Positions 13,918 to 26,555 of a stretch of DNA of 64,000 bases are shown one piece after another (position 1 is the first letter of the stretch; each line of letters starts with the position of its first letter). This DNA comes from Octopus sinensis (lineage: Eukaryota). Below the pieces are notes generated by a model. That model worked only from the letters and a program-made list of their open reading frames with translations, ran no database searches and was not told where the DNA came from. The position numbers and the translations under genes were made by a program. The stretch lies in assembly GCF_006345805.1 (NCBI RefSeq), contig NC_042999.1:121520001-121584000 (forward strand), given 5' to 3'.

Positions 13918-16900
13918 AATCAGGGTCATAATAGAAGCAGAAATAGAATGGTTGATTTACAGACACACTCTAACATCAAGGTATATATTTTTATTCTGAC
14001 ATTAAATCTCCATTTGTTTTTAATTTTTGTTTTTGTTCAAATATACTGGGATTACTTTAATCATCTATAACATCTGTCCCACTAAAATTGTTCTTGTGCC
14101 TTATAAAGTGAAATTAATATTAGAGATAAAAATATATACTGAATTATTTCAATCAATGATAGTTAATTTAAAGATGTTTATAAGCAGATAGTGTTTGTTT
14201 TTGAGAATATATCTTTAATTTTGGACTTGTAATAGGGAAGGCAGATTCACAGATAGTCAAGTTTCCTTGTGCTATTTACTTAAAGCCTTTTATGTTCTAT
14301 TTTGAAGTCTTTTCAAGACTGATCTTGCCTCTTACATTTTCTGCATCAACAAAGTAAATTACTAGTTCTGTAGTCAATTTGTGTTTATTCCAATATCAGA
14401 AATAAACACTGTTATCAAGTCAAAATAAGTGCAGTCATGACTTTGAATTTAAAAATTTCACTTTTCAGCTATGTGTTTCCAGGTTTTATCCCACCACCAT
14501 AGCCTCAAGTTGACCAAAGCCTTGTTAGTGGAACTTAGCATATGGAGACTGTGTGTGTATACATGTATACACACATATATACTCATACACACACATGTTC
14601 ACAAATATATTTGTGATATACATCAGTGAAAGTTATAAATGCTAACTAGAAAACCAGTAAGCTGATGCTTTCAAACAAAAGTACCCTGTAGTATCTGTTC
14701 CACTTGAGTTGTGCAGGTGCTTCATTGTTACTCTTGACATTGTAAATGCAATGAACTAGTGATTGACCTGTAGAAAATCTATAACCAACGACACTGTTGT
14801 TCACATAATCTGATATTAAATAAAATTAAAAAGAAAGCTAAACATTTTCTATTGATGTTGAAATTTCTTTTTGAAATATAATGAAATGAGTTAAATTATC
14901 AATATTACTTGAGTAACACTAATTTGCTGCTGCCTGTAAGGTTCAAAACAATAAACAATACAATTAATCGGTAACGCATGAACAAATAATTACATTACTG
15001 CACATACCAGTCTCTCAACAACTGATAAGTCATATCTTTATACAGTGGAATTTGCTGCTGAAATATTTTACCTTTCAAAACAAAAGTACCAACTATTCAT
15101 TTCATTAGTGTTTATTCATGTTCATAAATAAATAGTTTGATGTTTGAAATATTCACATCTAAAGCAATGTGAAGTGAAATTAAGAATCTTTGAAGAAGTT
15201 TCTAGTTTTCTTCAACATCAGAAAATATCTCATTGTTGTTATTTTTTTTAGCTCCCAAACAGCTCTGATTGAATGGATGTGTGATAAAAGATATTCCATC
15301 CATGACCATCCTGCCATTTTATATATCAGGGGAATACATTGTCTTCTTTTTTTATAGGCAGGTAGAGTGCAATTTGAGTTAAATTAAGCTGATATTTAAA
15401 ACTGAGTGACTACATAGTAGCTTTTTGCCTTGTGAAAGTAAACAACTTCTGATGAGTCTTAAGAAAATACCATATTTATTATACTGGTAATGTAATTGAT
15501 CATTATTCTATCATTGCATATATTGGTTATGATATTTAGTTCTTTCCCAGAAATACCTTCAATACAATAGTATAACTATACAATACTGAATTTGTTTATA
15601 ATCAACAATATAACATGGTGTTTATCTTATTCTTCTTCCGTTGCTCATTTCCTCTTAGGATAATTCATTGTCCTCACAACCTATTGTTTGGTTTGAGTGT
15701 TGAAAGTTTGCCACTATCAACTTTCACCTTATTTGCCATTTTCTTAACTTTATTTAGTGCCTTTTCTTCATATTTCAAACTTTTGCTTCTGTATTGATTA
15801 TATAATATATACTAGAATGAGCTAAAGTCAGATTCATATTATTTTTCAGATCTGAAAAAAAAAAAAAGCAGAAATGTGATCTTTTAATATGTTTTCACAA
15901 TTATTGTTGGTCTAAGATAAAGCAAAATACTTTCTAATGTTTCCTCTTCCTTTGTATAATACAAAAGAATCTAATATATTTATAACATATACTATGTGAA
16001 TGCTTAAATACACTTTGTAGATTTCATCCAAACTTTTCATTTAGTACTGATTATACCAAACCTATTCCTTTCCCACTCACTTTTTTATGTCATGGCACAA
16101 TAAAAGAGCTATTTGTTTTCATTCAGAGCTTCCTATTTATTCAAGAAACTTTCCAATCTAGTGATTTTGAGGCATATTTTAATTTTCTTTTCAATGTGTG
16201 CCACAAATACATGAGATTTGTTCATGAAAAAATTGTATTATTTGAACTGAAATAAAAAAAAGATAATAATCTCATGAATAAGATATTCTAAGATTCTTGT
16301 CAAACCTTTTGTATGTTCAAATAATTTGCATATTTCATTAAATAGCATTCTTTATCTTTTTTAATTTATCATTCATTGTGTTTATCTAAAGTCTCATTTT
16401 TTAGAGTTGAAAGTTTAACTTTTAGCTTCATCTTATTGGTTTTCTATAACATTCAGAATATTTTAACTGATTAATTATTACTGAATATTTGAGCTACTAT
16501 AGTTATTTATGAGTAATAAGTTTAAAGCCAGCTGGTCTGTGGTGCCATATAGCCTTCAACATCTATCTGGGATTGATAAGTCCCCAATAAACCAAATAGG
16601 TGTAGTGTTTCTAATATAAATGGTTTTCACTGCATCAGGTTCAAATCCTACTGAATTAACTACATAGCAAATTCACGTTTATTAGCATCTTTACCTGGAA
16701 GAGTAACTCTGTGTAAAAGTTGAATAAGTTCTATATTTAAGACAAGATTGAAGAGTAGTTAAGTATCATTTTTAAATAAATGACTTAAGCAGAATACATG
16801 AAATAAATTAAATTATGTAGAATTGATTAGTTGTAGATTTTTGTTCTAAAAAGGAGAATTATGAGTAACATTTAGTCTAGCTTATTGCAAATAATCTTTT

Positions 16901-18093
16901 AATTTCATCTCTGTTGCTTTGTAGAAAATTTTTTACGTTCCAATTTCTATGAACAAATTTACCAAGTGATAATCCAATTTAGTCTCTGTATTTTTACATC
17001 TCTGATTCAAAATAGTGTTTCTTTCCATTGAATATTTGCGTCTCATGGTTAGATATTAAACTATTCATCAAAGGTCTCCATGCTAGGAGCATAGAGAGGT
17101 GTGACATACTGCTAAATTAGCGAGAAATTACTACTCATGGAAAAGATGCTAATCTGTCTCAATAACTGTTGTAGTAGGATTTGAGCTTGATACTCATGAG
17201 CTAGTTTTGCTCTCCATATAAGGAACATTACATATAAAAAAAATTAAAACATAGATTAAAATGTTTGTTGTATATATATATTTAGAAAAAATCCCCAAGC
17301 AGCTTGCTAGCTTTTATTTACATCAAAGCCATCAGAGATGATTAAATAAATTTAACAAAACTTTTAATATGTGAGCCATTTATTAATGGCACAGAATTCC
17401 CCTAGCCTTTTGGCTTTCTATTTAATTATTTACATAAATGAAATAAAATGAATTTATCAGTCATTAACTATCTCCATTCCTGCATCTCTCTTTTTGAATA
17501 ATCAATTCAATACTTAAATGCCAAAATTTCTTATGGCAAGTTGTTTATCTAACAATGTTTTATCTCCTTGTGGTTTCTTGCTCACATATGGATAATTGTT
17601 TTAAGTAGCTTAAGTGCTCTAATGTTAGCTACTTTCATAACAATCATAGTTTATTGCCTCAAAGTCATTTCATGCTGCAATAATATCATATCCCTGCAAA
17701 ATATCAAAAACCAATATGGAATTTAAGAGTTTACAGTTTTCATTAAATACTAATTTAGCATGACTATCTATCATTCTCAGTATCAGTCATTGAAAGTTGT
17801 TGGTCTGGATTCCATTTTTGAAAAGATGTTACTGTGAATAGTTATGCATAGGCTTCTCTTTATTTGAATCACTCATCAACATTTTTATATTAGTAAAAAT
17901 GCTGAAGATGTTTACAAAAAGACTTTGAAGTGACAGATGCAATTTATTTCTAATTATTTTCATGGTCTAAAGCTATTAACTAAATTAGCTTATTCTGTGG
18001 ATTTTATTTTAAAATTGTAACCTTCTAGGAGGAAGCAAGACCGGTCTTTATAAATCTGACAACTATCTGATTATTAAAATTCATATATTCCAC

Positions 18094-18100
18094 AGAGAGA

Positions 18101-18152
<52 letters not shown>
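18094..18152. repeat. (GA)n microsatellite
   Basis: Direct reading of the sequence. Confidence 0.95.
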
Positions 18153-18153
<1 letters not shown>

Positions 18154-19474
18154 CGTCAGTATACAGTGTGTTGCAATAACTACCAAAAGATTAAATTACT
18201 TACAACCAGATTTGCAACATTAAAAACACTTAAAAATAATTATTTCAAATCTATCTTGAAAAATAGTAAACATCAGTTAAGTTTGTACTGTATTATAGTA
18301 ACATCTATAACTATCCACAGCATGAAATTGTTGTAAATAGTTGTAGTTTCTATAAGGAAATAATATTTAGTTAATATCTAAAGAATATCAGTCTTTCTAT
18401 TGACTGGTTTTGAAGATATGTCTGGAATTTAAAAGAATATATAATATTGATTCATTTTGTCTAGACAAAAGGTTAGTTTTTGGAGGAGCAGGTGTAGTTG
18501 AGCGAATCTTATTTAGAATATAACTAATATTAATCATATCAATTCCCAAAAGAATAAATCAAAAGGCATTGCTAGGATTCAACCCTTGAGTTAAATGTAC
18601 TGAATTAGATTTGTGAGACTCTGAAGCATAGCCGTAAGGGATAAGAAGCCAAGTGGACAGAGATGGAATTCAGAACACAGAAGTATAAAACAAACTTCAG
18701 GCATTTCATGTGGCATTGTACTGTTTCGTTATTTGTTACTTCTTAAAAATCAAGACAAACCTACCTCTATGTATTCTATATGCATTTCTTTCATTTTAAC
18801 TATAGAACATATATAATTATGTAATCATTTTTTATCTGGAACATATAATTGTGGAATCATTTTATTATAGAACATATATGATTATGTATAATTTTGTAAT
18901 TTTGAAAACGTGAAATTGAATATTATCATTTATTAAAAGAGGGGTGACTGCAGAAACTTTACAGTCACAAACTTGATCTTACTTCTGACAAAATAAAGAT
19001 CTTACTTCAAAATGTCAATTACTTTCAAATGAGTCCTAAATTTTAGTTCTGCCACCTCTGTTAATTCACAAGCTGCTTGATATTCCATCTTGCTATATGT
19101 CTCTCTCTTCTGCTTTTCTCTCTATTTCTCTCTCTCTCTCTTCTGACGTCTTTGTTGCTCTCTGTCTCCCTCTACCCTCTGTCACTTTTTATCCTTCCTC
19201 TCACAGCCACCTGACCTGTGGTCATTGTCACCTCTCTCCTCCATTTCTTTTCTATGCCTGATCACCCAGACAAACAGTCGTGTTTCTCATCCCCCACTTT
19301 CAACATATTTTGTTGTCTTAGCACTGTTCATTCCATTTCCAATCCCTCAGGACACTTTTCCTGGTGTTACTCATATAGCTGTCTCATGTTTGAGCTGTAA
19401 GACTTTATTCTGTTTATTTCATTGTGTTTGTTTTCGTCTCTGTCCTTTGTCTGTTTGCTATTCATCTTATCTTG

Positions 19475-21093
19475 AATATTTTGTTGCACAGAACGAACCA
19501 TATCGTCGTCCCATTCCTGTGACCCCTCTTTCAATTCTTTAGCCAGGTTGCAGAGCTTGGCCAGCTGTTCCAAAGTCAAACCAGTTTGGTCGACAACTTC
19601 TTCCGTTTCTTCTTCTTCTTCGCTGGCCGACTTCGTCAAGTCTTCGAGGTCTGCATTGGTTAGCAGCTGGGTGTGGCAGTCTAATAACGCATCGATGTCT
19701 CCCGTGGTCATGTCTGCAAAGCCGTCACCTCCAGTGATTGCAGCCAACAGCAAAGCTTTCTGTACTGCGGAGTGCTGGATTTCGGCTGGTGTAAATCCCT
19801 TGTTATAAATAACCTCAGGCCACAAAGTTTTCCAGCTCGCATTAATGGTGGCAGGCTTCATTTCTTGCAATGCCGTCTGGATATTTTGGAGGCATGTAGC
19901 GATTGTGTACTGCCGCCACTAGCCTTCAAGTTAAAATTTTCGTCTTCGTCTTCTTGGGTGTCATCCACCAGGACATTCCTCATGTATAGGGCCTTGAACG
20001 CCCTGATAACCCCCTGGTCCATTGGTTGAATAAGTGACGTAGTGTTGAGCTGCAGGAACTCAATCTGAATGCCCTCATGTGAGAGATCAGTAGTGTGGCC
20101 ACCAGCGTTATCCATAAGGAGAAGAATTTCGAATGGCAAGCACTTCTCTAATAGATACACCTTGACTTGCGGGATAAAACACTGGTGGAACCAGTCGGAG
20201 GTCAGCATCTTCATTATCCACACCTTTGGATTGTGCATCCAATGTACGGGTAGCAGATTCTTGTTTTTTGTTTTTTAAAGACTTGTAAATAAGTTCTGGC
20301 TTTAACAAAAAACCCGCAGCATTGCCACACATCACGAGGGTCACACGATCCTTGTATGCTTTAAAGCCAGAGGCTTTTACTTCCTCTTTGAACAGGAAAG
20401 TTCGTGATGGCATTCTTTTTCAAAACAAGCCCGTCTTGTCCATATTAAAAACTTGTTCGGGATTATATCCACCTTCGGAGATAATCTTGAAAGTTTCATT
20501 CACGTATGTTTCAGCAGCGCTCATGTCAGCAGAAGCAGCCTCGCCATGCAGGGAAACGCTTTTTAGGCCGAAGCATTTCTGAAACTTAACAAACCACTCT
20601 TTTCTAGCAGAAAAGGACGTTTTTTAGATTGTGAATCACAGGACGTCACTGTTTGCGGATCTTCTACATCGTCTTTGTCTTCTTCCTCTTCTTTTTGGTC
20701 ACCACTGTCGTCCTTAGCAGCGAAAGTCTCGTACAAGCTCCTAGCCTTTGTTTGGATGATGTTCATATCCAAGGCTATGTTCTTCTTTCGGCAGTTGGCT
20801 ATCCATACGGCCAAAGCAGCTTCCATATGGATGATAGTTTCATTACAAGCCGTAATTATTCTCTTCGCCGACTTATTATAGGTGATGACAGCCATCTTCC
20901 TAATGTTAGCCTCGTCCTTCTTGATGTAGCGAACAGTGGATTCGTTCATGCTAAAATGGTAGGCTACGGCAGCAAAAGTTCTCCCTTCCTTCAACATATC
21001 CAGAAGTTTCACCTTCTCACCGATCGTCATCATTCTTTGTTTGCATTTAGGCTCAGTACCAGCCTTGGAAGAAGCAGCATGCTTGGGAGCCAT
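19475..21093 (-). pseudogene. Tigger/pogo-type transposase pseudogene (HTH_psq + CENP-B HTH + DDE_1, DD30D)
   Basis: ATG at 21093: MAPKHAASS..IGEKVKLLDMLKEGRTFAAVAYHFSMNESTVRYIKK. Catalytic motifs are NMD(K)TGLF, LLMDNAGGH and IQPMDQGVI, with 30 residues between D2 and D3. Frameshifts near 20612, 20270 and 19925; premature stop at GLF* (~20418). The ORF is split over ORF-track entries 20563-21327, 20108-20413, 19858-20238 and 19367-19870. Confidence 0.92.
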
Positions 21094-21480
21094 TACAGGG
21101 GATGAAAACGCAAAGAAACAAAAAAAAATCACACACAGCACAGCGTAATTTGGTGCAGTAAGCCACTCGGTGAGATAGCTTGAAGCGAAATGGCCGCGAG
21201 AGAAAGACAAGGAAAGACACTGCGGATCTGAGCATTGGTCAAAGTACCAATCACAGGCCAGATTACAAAATAGAAAACTGTGATTTGTCGTCTCCATTGC
21301 ACCAATCACAGCCCATCTTAAGTTCAAATACTCCTGTATATGCTTTTTTGCTATTTTACACTTGTTTTGTTGTTCAATGGATTTAATGAAAAATTATAAG
21401 TGTATATATATGTATATTTTAAAAATCCGCAAAGTCGTGAATGTGCGATAGTTGAACCACAAAGTAGCGAGTGATCACTG
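19475..21480 (-). mobile_element. pogo/Tigger DNA transposon, 3'-truncated
   Basis: 5' TIR is cagtgatcactcgctactttgtggttc (reverse complement of 21454-21480), flanked by TA (21481-21482). The element carries a TIGD1-like transposase. No matching second TIR was found; homology stops near 19475. Confidence 0.93.
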
Positions 21481-22169
21481 TACTATATTTCTCACTCTAT
21501 TAAAAGACTTCACACCTGAAAAAAAAAAAAAAACATCATTAGAATATATATTTTGCAGTAAGTTAATACCATTAACATATAAGTGCCTTAAATAAGTACC
21601 AAATAATTAAAATCTTGTCAGATCAAAATGCTGAAATTATTCTGAATATAAATTTTCAATAAATGAAAGAACATAAAATTTGCAGTATTAAAAAATAATC
21701 CTACTAAATACTGTCAAACAAATACTAAGGAAAATTGCTTTCTAGAACTGAATACTATTTACGTTGCCAGGTAAAATTTTATTGTATATTTTGTTAATTC
21801 TAAATACATAGAATAGAAATATTGAATCTATTTCAATTCAATTTATTTTTCAACTTGTGTACATAATTCACTTATCAGTTGATCTGTCACATTATTCAGT
21901 AACATCTAAAGTCTGAGATATTTCTCATTAAAATTACTTGGGTTATCTGGTCAAAAAAGTAATATCAATTTAAAATTTGATAAATTTAAAGTTTGTTACA
22001 GATTTATTTATGTTAGCAAAATATTTGAAGATTAAAAGAATGAAAATATTTAGCAATGTTTAACTATTGTCCTTACTTGAATAAATGAGATGATGATGGA
22101 ATTTTTTGTAGCTTCTTATACCAATTTTCTTCTACACAGCTAAAGGTTAGATGACTTTTTTTATTTTTT

Positions 22170-22535
22170 TTTACTTATTTTTGACTTTTGGTTATGGCCA
22201 TACTGGGGCACCACCTTGAAGGGTTTAGTTGAACAAATCAACCCTAGTACTTATTTTTAAGTACATGTATTTATTCCAGCTGTCTCTTTTTTCCAAACTG
22301 CTAACTTATGGGGAAGTAAACAAACCAGCACTGGCTATCAAGTGGTGATGGAGGACAAACATGAATACAAAGACACACACACACATTATATGGTGGGCTC
22401 TTTTTAGTTTCTGTGTACCAAATCCACTCATAAGGCTTTGGTCAGTCCAGGGCTATAGTCAACAATACTTGCCCAAAATGCTGCACTATGGGACTGAACC
22501 CAAGACCACATGGTTGGAAAGCAAGCTTCTTACTT
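22170..22535 (-). mobile_element. tRNA-derived SINE, family B
   Basis: Reverse complement of the 54893/55419 and 25790 copies (accaaatccactcataaggctttgg..ggactgaaccc..accacatggttggaaagcaagcttcttac). Confidence 0.85.
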
Positions 22536-23999
22536 GTAAAGTGTCTTGGCTGGTATACTTTCTAACACTAACAACTATGTTGATTATACATGTTCTGGGT
22601 CTGTTTTCACAACTGTAGAATGTCCACCTGTCAATAGTTGTACATTCCACCAAATGTTGGTAATTTTTAAAAACTCTTTTTGTCTTCATAAACATTGATT
22701 TTCTCAGTGACTGTAACCCTTATCTCAAATGCTCCATTATCTTATATTCCTAAAATCTAGGATTGCTAATTTTATATAGATGTACTTCATTTTTCACCTG
22801 TAGAAATCTGTAATGTGTTTACCATTGGGGACTGACAACCTGACAGAATTAATGACATTTGGTTACTTCCAGAAGGAAGAAAGCCACTGCACAGTAATTT
22901 TTATAAATTTAAACTGACCATTATTTGTTCAATATGGAAAAGTGAAAAGGAATATTTAAATTTTGAAGAACAGTTGATACCCAATTATGCTGTGTTTAGC
23001 TACTTTGTGAGCACAATATATTTAGTATGGATAATTAAAAGTACCTTTAGAAAAAAGACATGATTCAGTCAGTTAGCCCAGCATTATTGAAAATCTTTTA
23101 TCCCTTGTTCTTTATCATGCTATCTCTGCCCCTCTGCATCTACTATTATAATTGTTTCCATTCTTCCTAGTGTTCCAACAGAATGTTGATTCTTTCCAAG
23201 CTGTTTGTGACACATTCTCTTTCTTTTCTACTACTTTTACTAAATCTCTTAAGTTTTTTTTTTTTTTTGTAATATGGAGCTTTATATGCAGTTCTTTATT
23301 TCATAAGTCTTCTTTTTAGTTCCTTCAATTTTTTTCCAGTATTTTCTGAATTTACTAACCACCACACTTTTCTAGATCTATAGTAAGTTCACCATTTATC
23401 TTTTAACCATACTGATTACAGATAGTTTCTGTTGGCCAGAGGTGATGCCTTTACTTCTCAATCAAGCTTTAGAAAATATTGAGGTAAAAACAGTTAAAAT
23501 AGAAATATTAATAAAATATAAAAGATCATGTTTTGAATCCAACCTGTTTGTATAATAAATTTAGAATGAGTATTTCAATCAATAAATGTTCCCACATGAA
23601 TTGTGGGTACTATATTGCCTTGGTATGATAAGTTTAACCTTCAGTAAAAAATGTAATGAATGTAATGGAAGTAAAGTCTAAGCCATGACAAATTGAAAAT
23701 GAGATAAGAAGCAATTCCATTGTCTTCATAATATAACTCCAACTGAAGCTTTATAATTCTGCTGTTGTTCTCTGTACTTGGGGTTCTTCATCCTTTCACT
23801 GTAGTAGCTAGTTTGTAATTTCCTTCACATTATCTCATAATCCTTCTAAATTGGTTTTGTTTCTTATTTAATTTGATATGGGAGAACTATTTATTTCATT
23901 TAACTCTCCTTGTAAAAGAGAAGAAAAAATATTAATTTCTCATTCCCTCTTCAACATTGCTGTCATCATCATAACATGAATTTATCATGCATCTGTTGC

Positions 24000-24420
24000 A
24001 GAGAATATCACCATCATTTATTTTGATTTTGTATCATTTCCTCCTCACTCTCTCTCAAATAGGCTGTGTGAAGAGGTAAGAAAGATGTGTCCATATCATG
24101 GCCCTACTGCCACTTTGTGAGCATAACAAGAGGAAAGAAACATCTTTGTTAGGCTTTGCATCACCTCTTTCCATGTCTTCATTTGTCTTCCCCTGTCAGA
24201 AGTATCTTCCAGGTTTAGCTCACAGCACATTTTGATCCCTTGTCACTTCGAATGACTTTATTGGCTACTCTTTTTATCACTTCATGTCCATCTAGCTTTT
24301 CCTGAAAGTTAACTTTGCAAATGCAATATACCATTCCTTTCATGCCCCTGCAAACATTAGATGCCCAACACTTATATATCATTAACATGCAGCATCACAA
24401 GTTTTTACAGATACTTAATA
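24000..24420 (-). mobile_element. Highly degenerate RTE-type LINE C-terminal remnant
   Basis: Minus-strand IKMCCELNLEDTSDRGRQMKTWKEVMQ aligns with VKKCHTLAVEETCGRGRPRKTWDEVVK of the 39992-40454 copy. Confidence 0.55.
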
Positions 24421-25029
24421 CAGTTTTCTATTTGTTACATAAAGAAAGTTGGAAAAACATTGCGAAGCCAAGCACTCCAGTACTAAACTTTGAACCAGAG
24501 TACCTCGTCCTCATATTTTGCCTTGCAATTAGATTTAGATTATGGTCCTTATTAAAAAAAAACCTTGCAATAGTTACTGCACAACACTCTATCCTATATT
24601 AAATTCATTGCATACAAGCATTTTTCACATGGTATCTTAGCGAATTGTAATGAAGTCTAATGTAGCTAGATATATAATTTTTTTGTTAATATTGTATTGG
24701 TGAGAAGACATTATTAATTACCTGTATAGATCCTTTTATATCTGATAAATAGAAGTTTTCATTGAAATTGTTGCAGTTAATTTGAAGACTAAAATCTCGA
24801 AGTCTCTAGTTTTGGAGATTACACAAGCTAGTGGACTACAATATGAAAATGCTACATGTAACTTGTTTATGTGATAAAATGCAGGTGGTTGCAATCGATG
24901 GACTCAAGTTTAAGCATAGCACAATTAGTACAAGAAGTTGCTTCTTAGTAACAGGATAAGTGGCACAAGTAGCTTTGTAAATTTCTACCTCAAAAGAAAT
25001 AGTGTTTTCTATAATTAGGCAAGTAATTA

Positions 25030-25277
25030 TTTTCTTATTTCTTATTTCTTTATTGCCCACAAGGGGCTAAACATGGGGGGGGGAGACAAACAAGGACAGA
25101 CAAAGGGATTAAGTTGATTACATCGACCCCAGTGCGTAACTGGTACTTAATTTATTGACCCCGAAAGGATGAAAGGCAAAGTCAACTTTGGCGGAATTTG
25201 AACTCAAAACGTAACGGCAGACGAAATACCGCTAAACATTTCGCTCAGCATGCTAACGTTTCTGCCAGCTCGCTGCC
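25030..25277 (-). mobile_element. Full-length tRNA-derived SINE, family A, with 15-bp target-site duplication
   Basis: The minus strand has A-box-like tggcagaaacgttag and B-box-like gttcaaattcc, and ends in a (taagaaa)n tail. Perfect TSD ttaggcaagtaatta at 25015-25029 and 25278-25292. Confidence 0.93.
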
Positions 25278-25789
25278 TTAGGCAAGTAATTAACTAGCAG
25301 GCAATAACTTTAATCTATATAATTGAAATTTTAAAAAAATCTTTAATGATGTAGTAGCTGATTGAAGCAATATTTGAATAATGTATTTTTAAGGAGAAAG
25401 TGACTGAATTTTAAAAAATAAGTGATTGAAAGTTCTAAAAATGCTATGAATGACTTACAGACAAATATATTTTAGCATTCGATTAATCACTTATCAATGC
25501 AATGTGCCTCTAAACACCATAATTTCACATGCTCAAAGATAAAAATGGAACAATATTTCATTTTCAAACTAGGTACCATGTCACTGGCAGGTTTAGATGA
25601 AAATTTTTTCCCTTCTACTCCTACATCTCCTCTAAGTTTGGTAATCTCTTTCTTATCCTTGGACTTCCTTTACATTTCAATTTTTCCCTTCATCTCACCC
25701 TCACTTTGCTCATTTCTCATTTCATTTCTCTTTATTTCTAATTTTCTCACCAAGTTTCTCTCACTTACTATCTACAAAATGTTTTTTAA

Positions 25790-26078
25790 AATGTCATGGT
25801 GTGGCAAGTGATAAGAAACCTACCTCCCAACCACATGGTTCCAGATTCAGTCCCATTGCATGGCACCTTGGAGAAATGTCTTCTACTATATCCATGTGAG
25901 TGGATTTGGTAGATGGAAATTGAAAGAAGCTTGTCACATATATATATGTATGAGTGTGTCTGTGCTTATCCCCCCACCATAGCTTGACTACTGATGTTGG
26001 TGTGTTTAGGTCCCCATAACTTAATGGTTCAGCAAAAGGGACCAATGGAATACGTACTAGGCTTACAAAGAATAAGTC
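25790..26078 (+). mobile_element. tRNA-derived SINE, family B, 3'-truncated
   Basis: Colinear with 54893-55087 plus 55419-55665, but stops at ..ggcttacaaagaataagtcc and lacks the tggggttgattt..tail present at 55586-55665. Confidence 0.88.
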
Positions 26079-26160
26079 CATAATATTATGTTGAAATTTG
26101 TCATTAAAGCTTCTTGACTGAAAATAATAAAATTCCATTTACTATATCATTGTAATTAAT
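26079..26160. repeat. 82-bp perfect direct repeat, copy 1
   Basis: cataatattatgttgaaatttg...tatcattgtaattaat is identical to 27910-27991. Confidence 0.95.
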
Positions 26161-26372
26161 TTTAATCAGGGGTCAGCTAATTGCTTCGCTACACACCGAA
26201 TTTAGAAATAGCAGTTAAAATACCTATTTCACTACCATAAATATCTTCCAGACAGTAACACACTTATGTGTTATTGCCTGGGAGATATTTATGGTAGTGA
26301 AATAGGTATTTTAACTGCTATTTCTAAATTCGGTGTGTAGCGAAGCAATTAGCTGACCCCTGATTAAAATTA
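26157..26372. mobile_element. Palindromic MITE / foldback element
   Basis: Two ~106-bp inverted arms with 3 mismatches around a 4-nt loop (ctta). Termini attttaatcaggggtcagc...gctgacccctgattaaaat with TA on each side (26157-58, 26371-72); non-coding. Confidence 0.85.
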
Positions 26373-26506
26373 TGCTTATAATTATAGAATATTTGTATAA
26401 TGTTACCCTAAAAAGTTAATTTAACATCCCAAATTACTTAGTTAAATCATTAATTATCAATTAATTAATTGATTAATTAATCAATTTTGTCATTTTATTA
26501 TTATTG

Positions 26507-26508
<2 letters not shown>

Positions 26509-26548
<40 letters not shown>
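26509..26548. repeat. (TA)n microsatellite followed by (TG)-rich tract
   Basis: Direct reading of the sequence. Confidence 0.95.

Positions 26549-26555
<7 letters not shown>

Noticed and set aside
15449-15466. Hammerhead ribozyme core ctgatgag..gaaa
   Set aside because: Stem II cannot close and no stems I/III with a cleavage triplet are evident.
18940-19475. Pyrimidine-rich tracts (also 7260-7640 and 55950-56520) as Penelope-like 3' ends
   Set aside because: They look repeat-derived, but no GIY-YIG or RT motif could be read with confidence.
19225-21105. Plus-strand ORFs (19548-19808, 19772-20029, 20322-20582, 20653-21105 etc.)
   Set aside because: Antisense shadows of the GC-rich Tigger transposase.
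24063-24075. 13-nt plus-strand microexon (ctctcaaatAG|GCTGTGTGAAGAG|GTAAGA)
   Set aside because: Lies within a degenerate antisense RTE remnant, is frame-shifting and has no partner exons.
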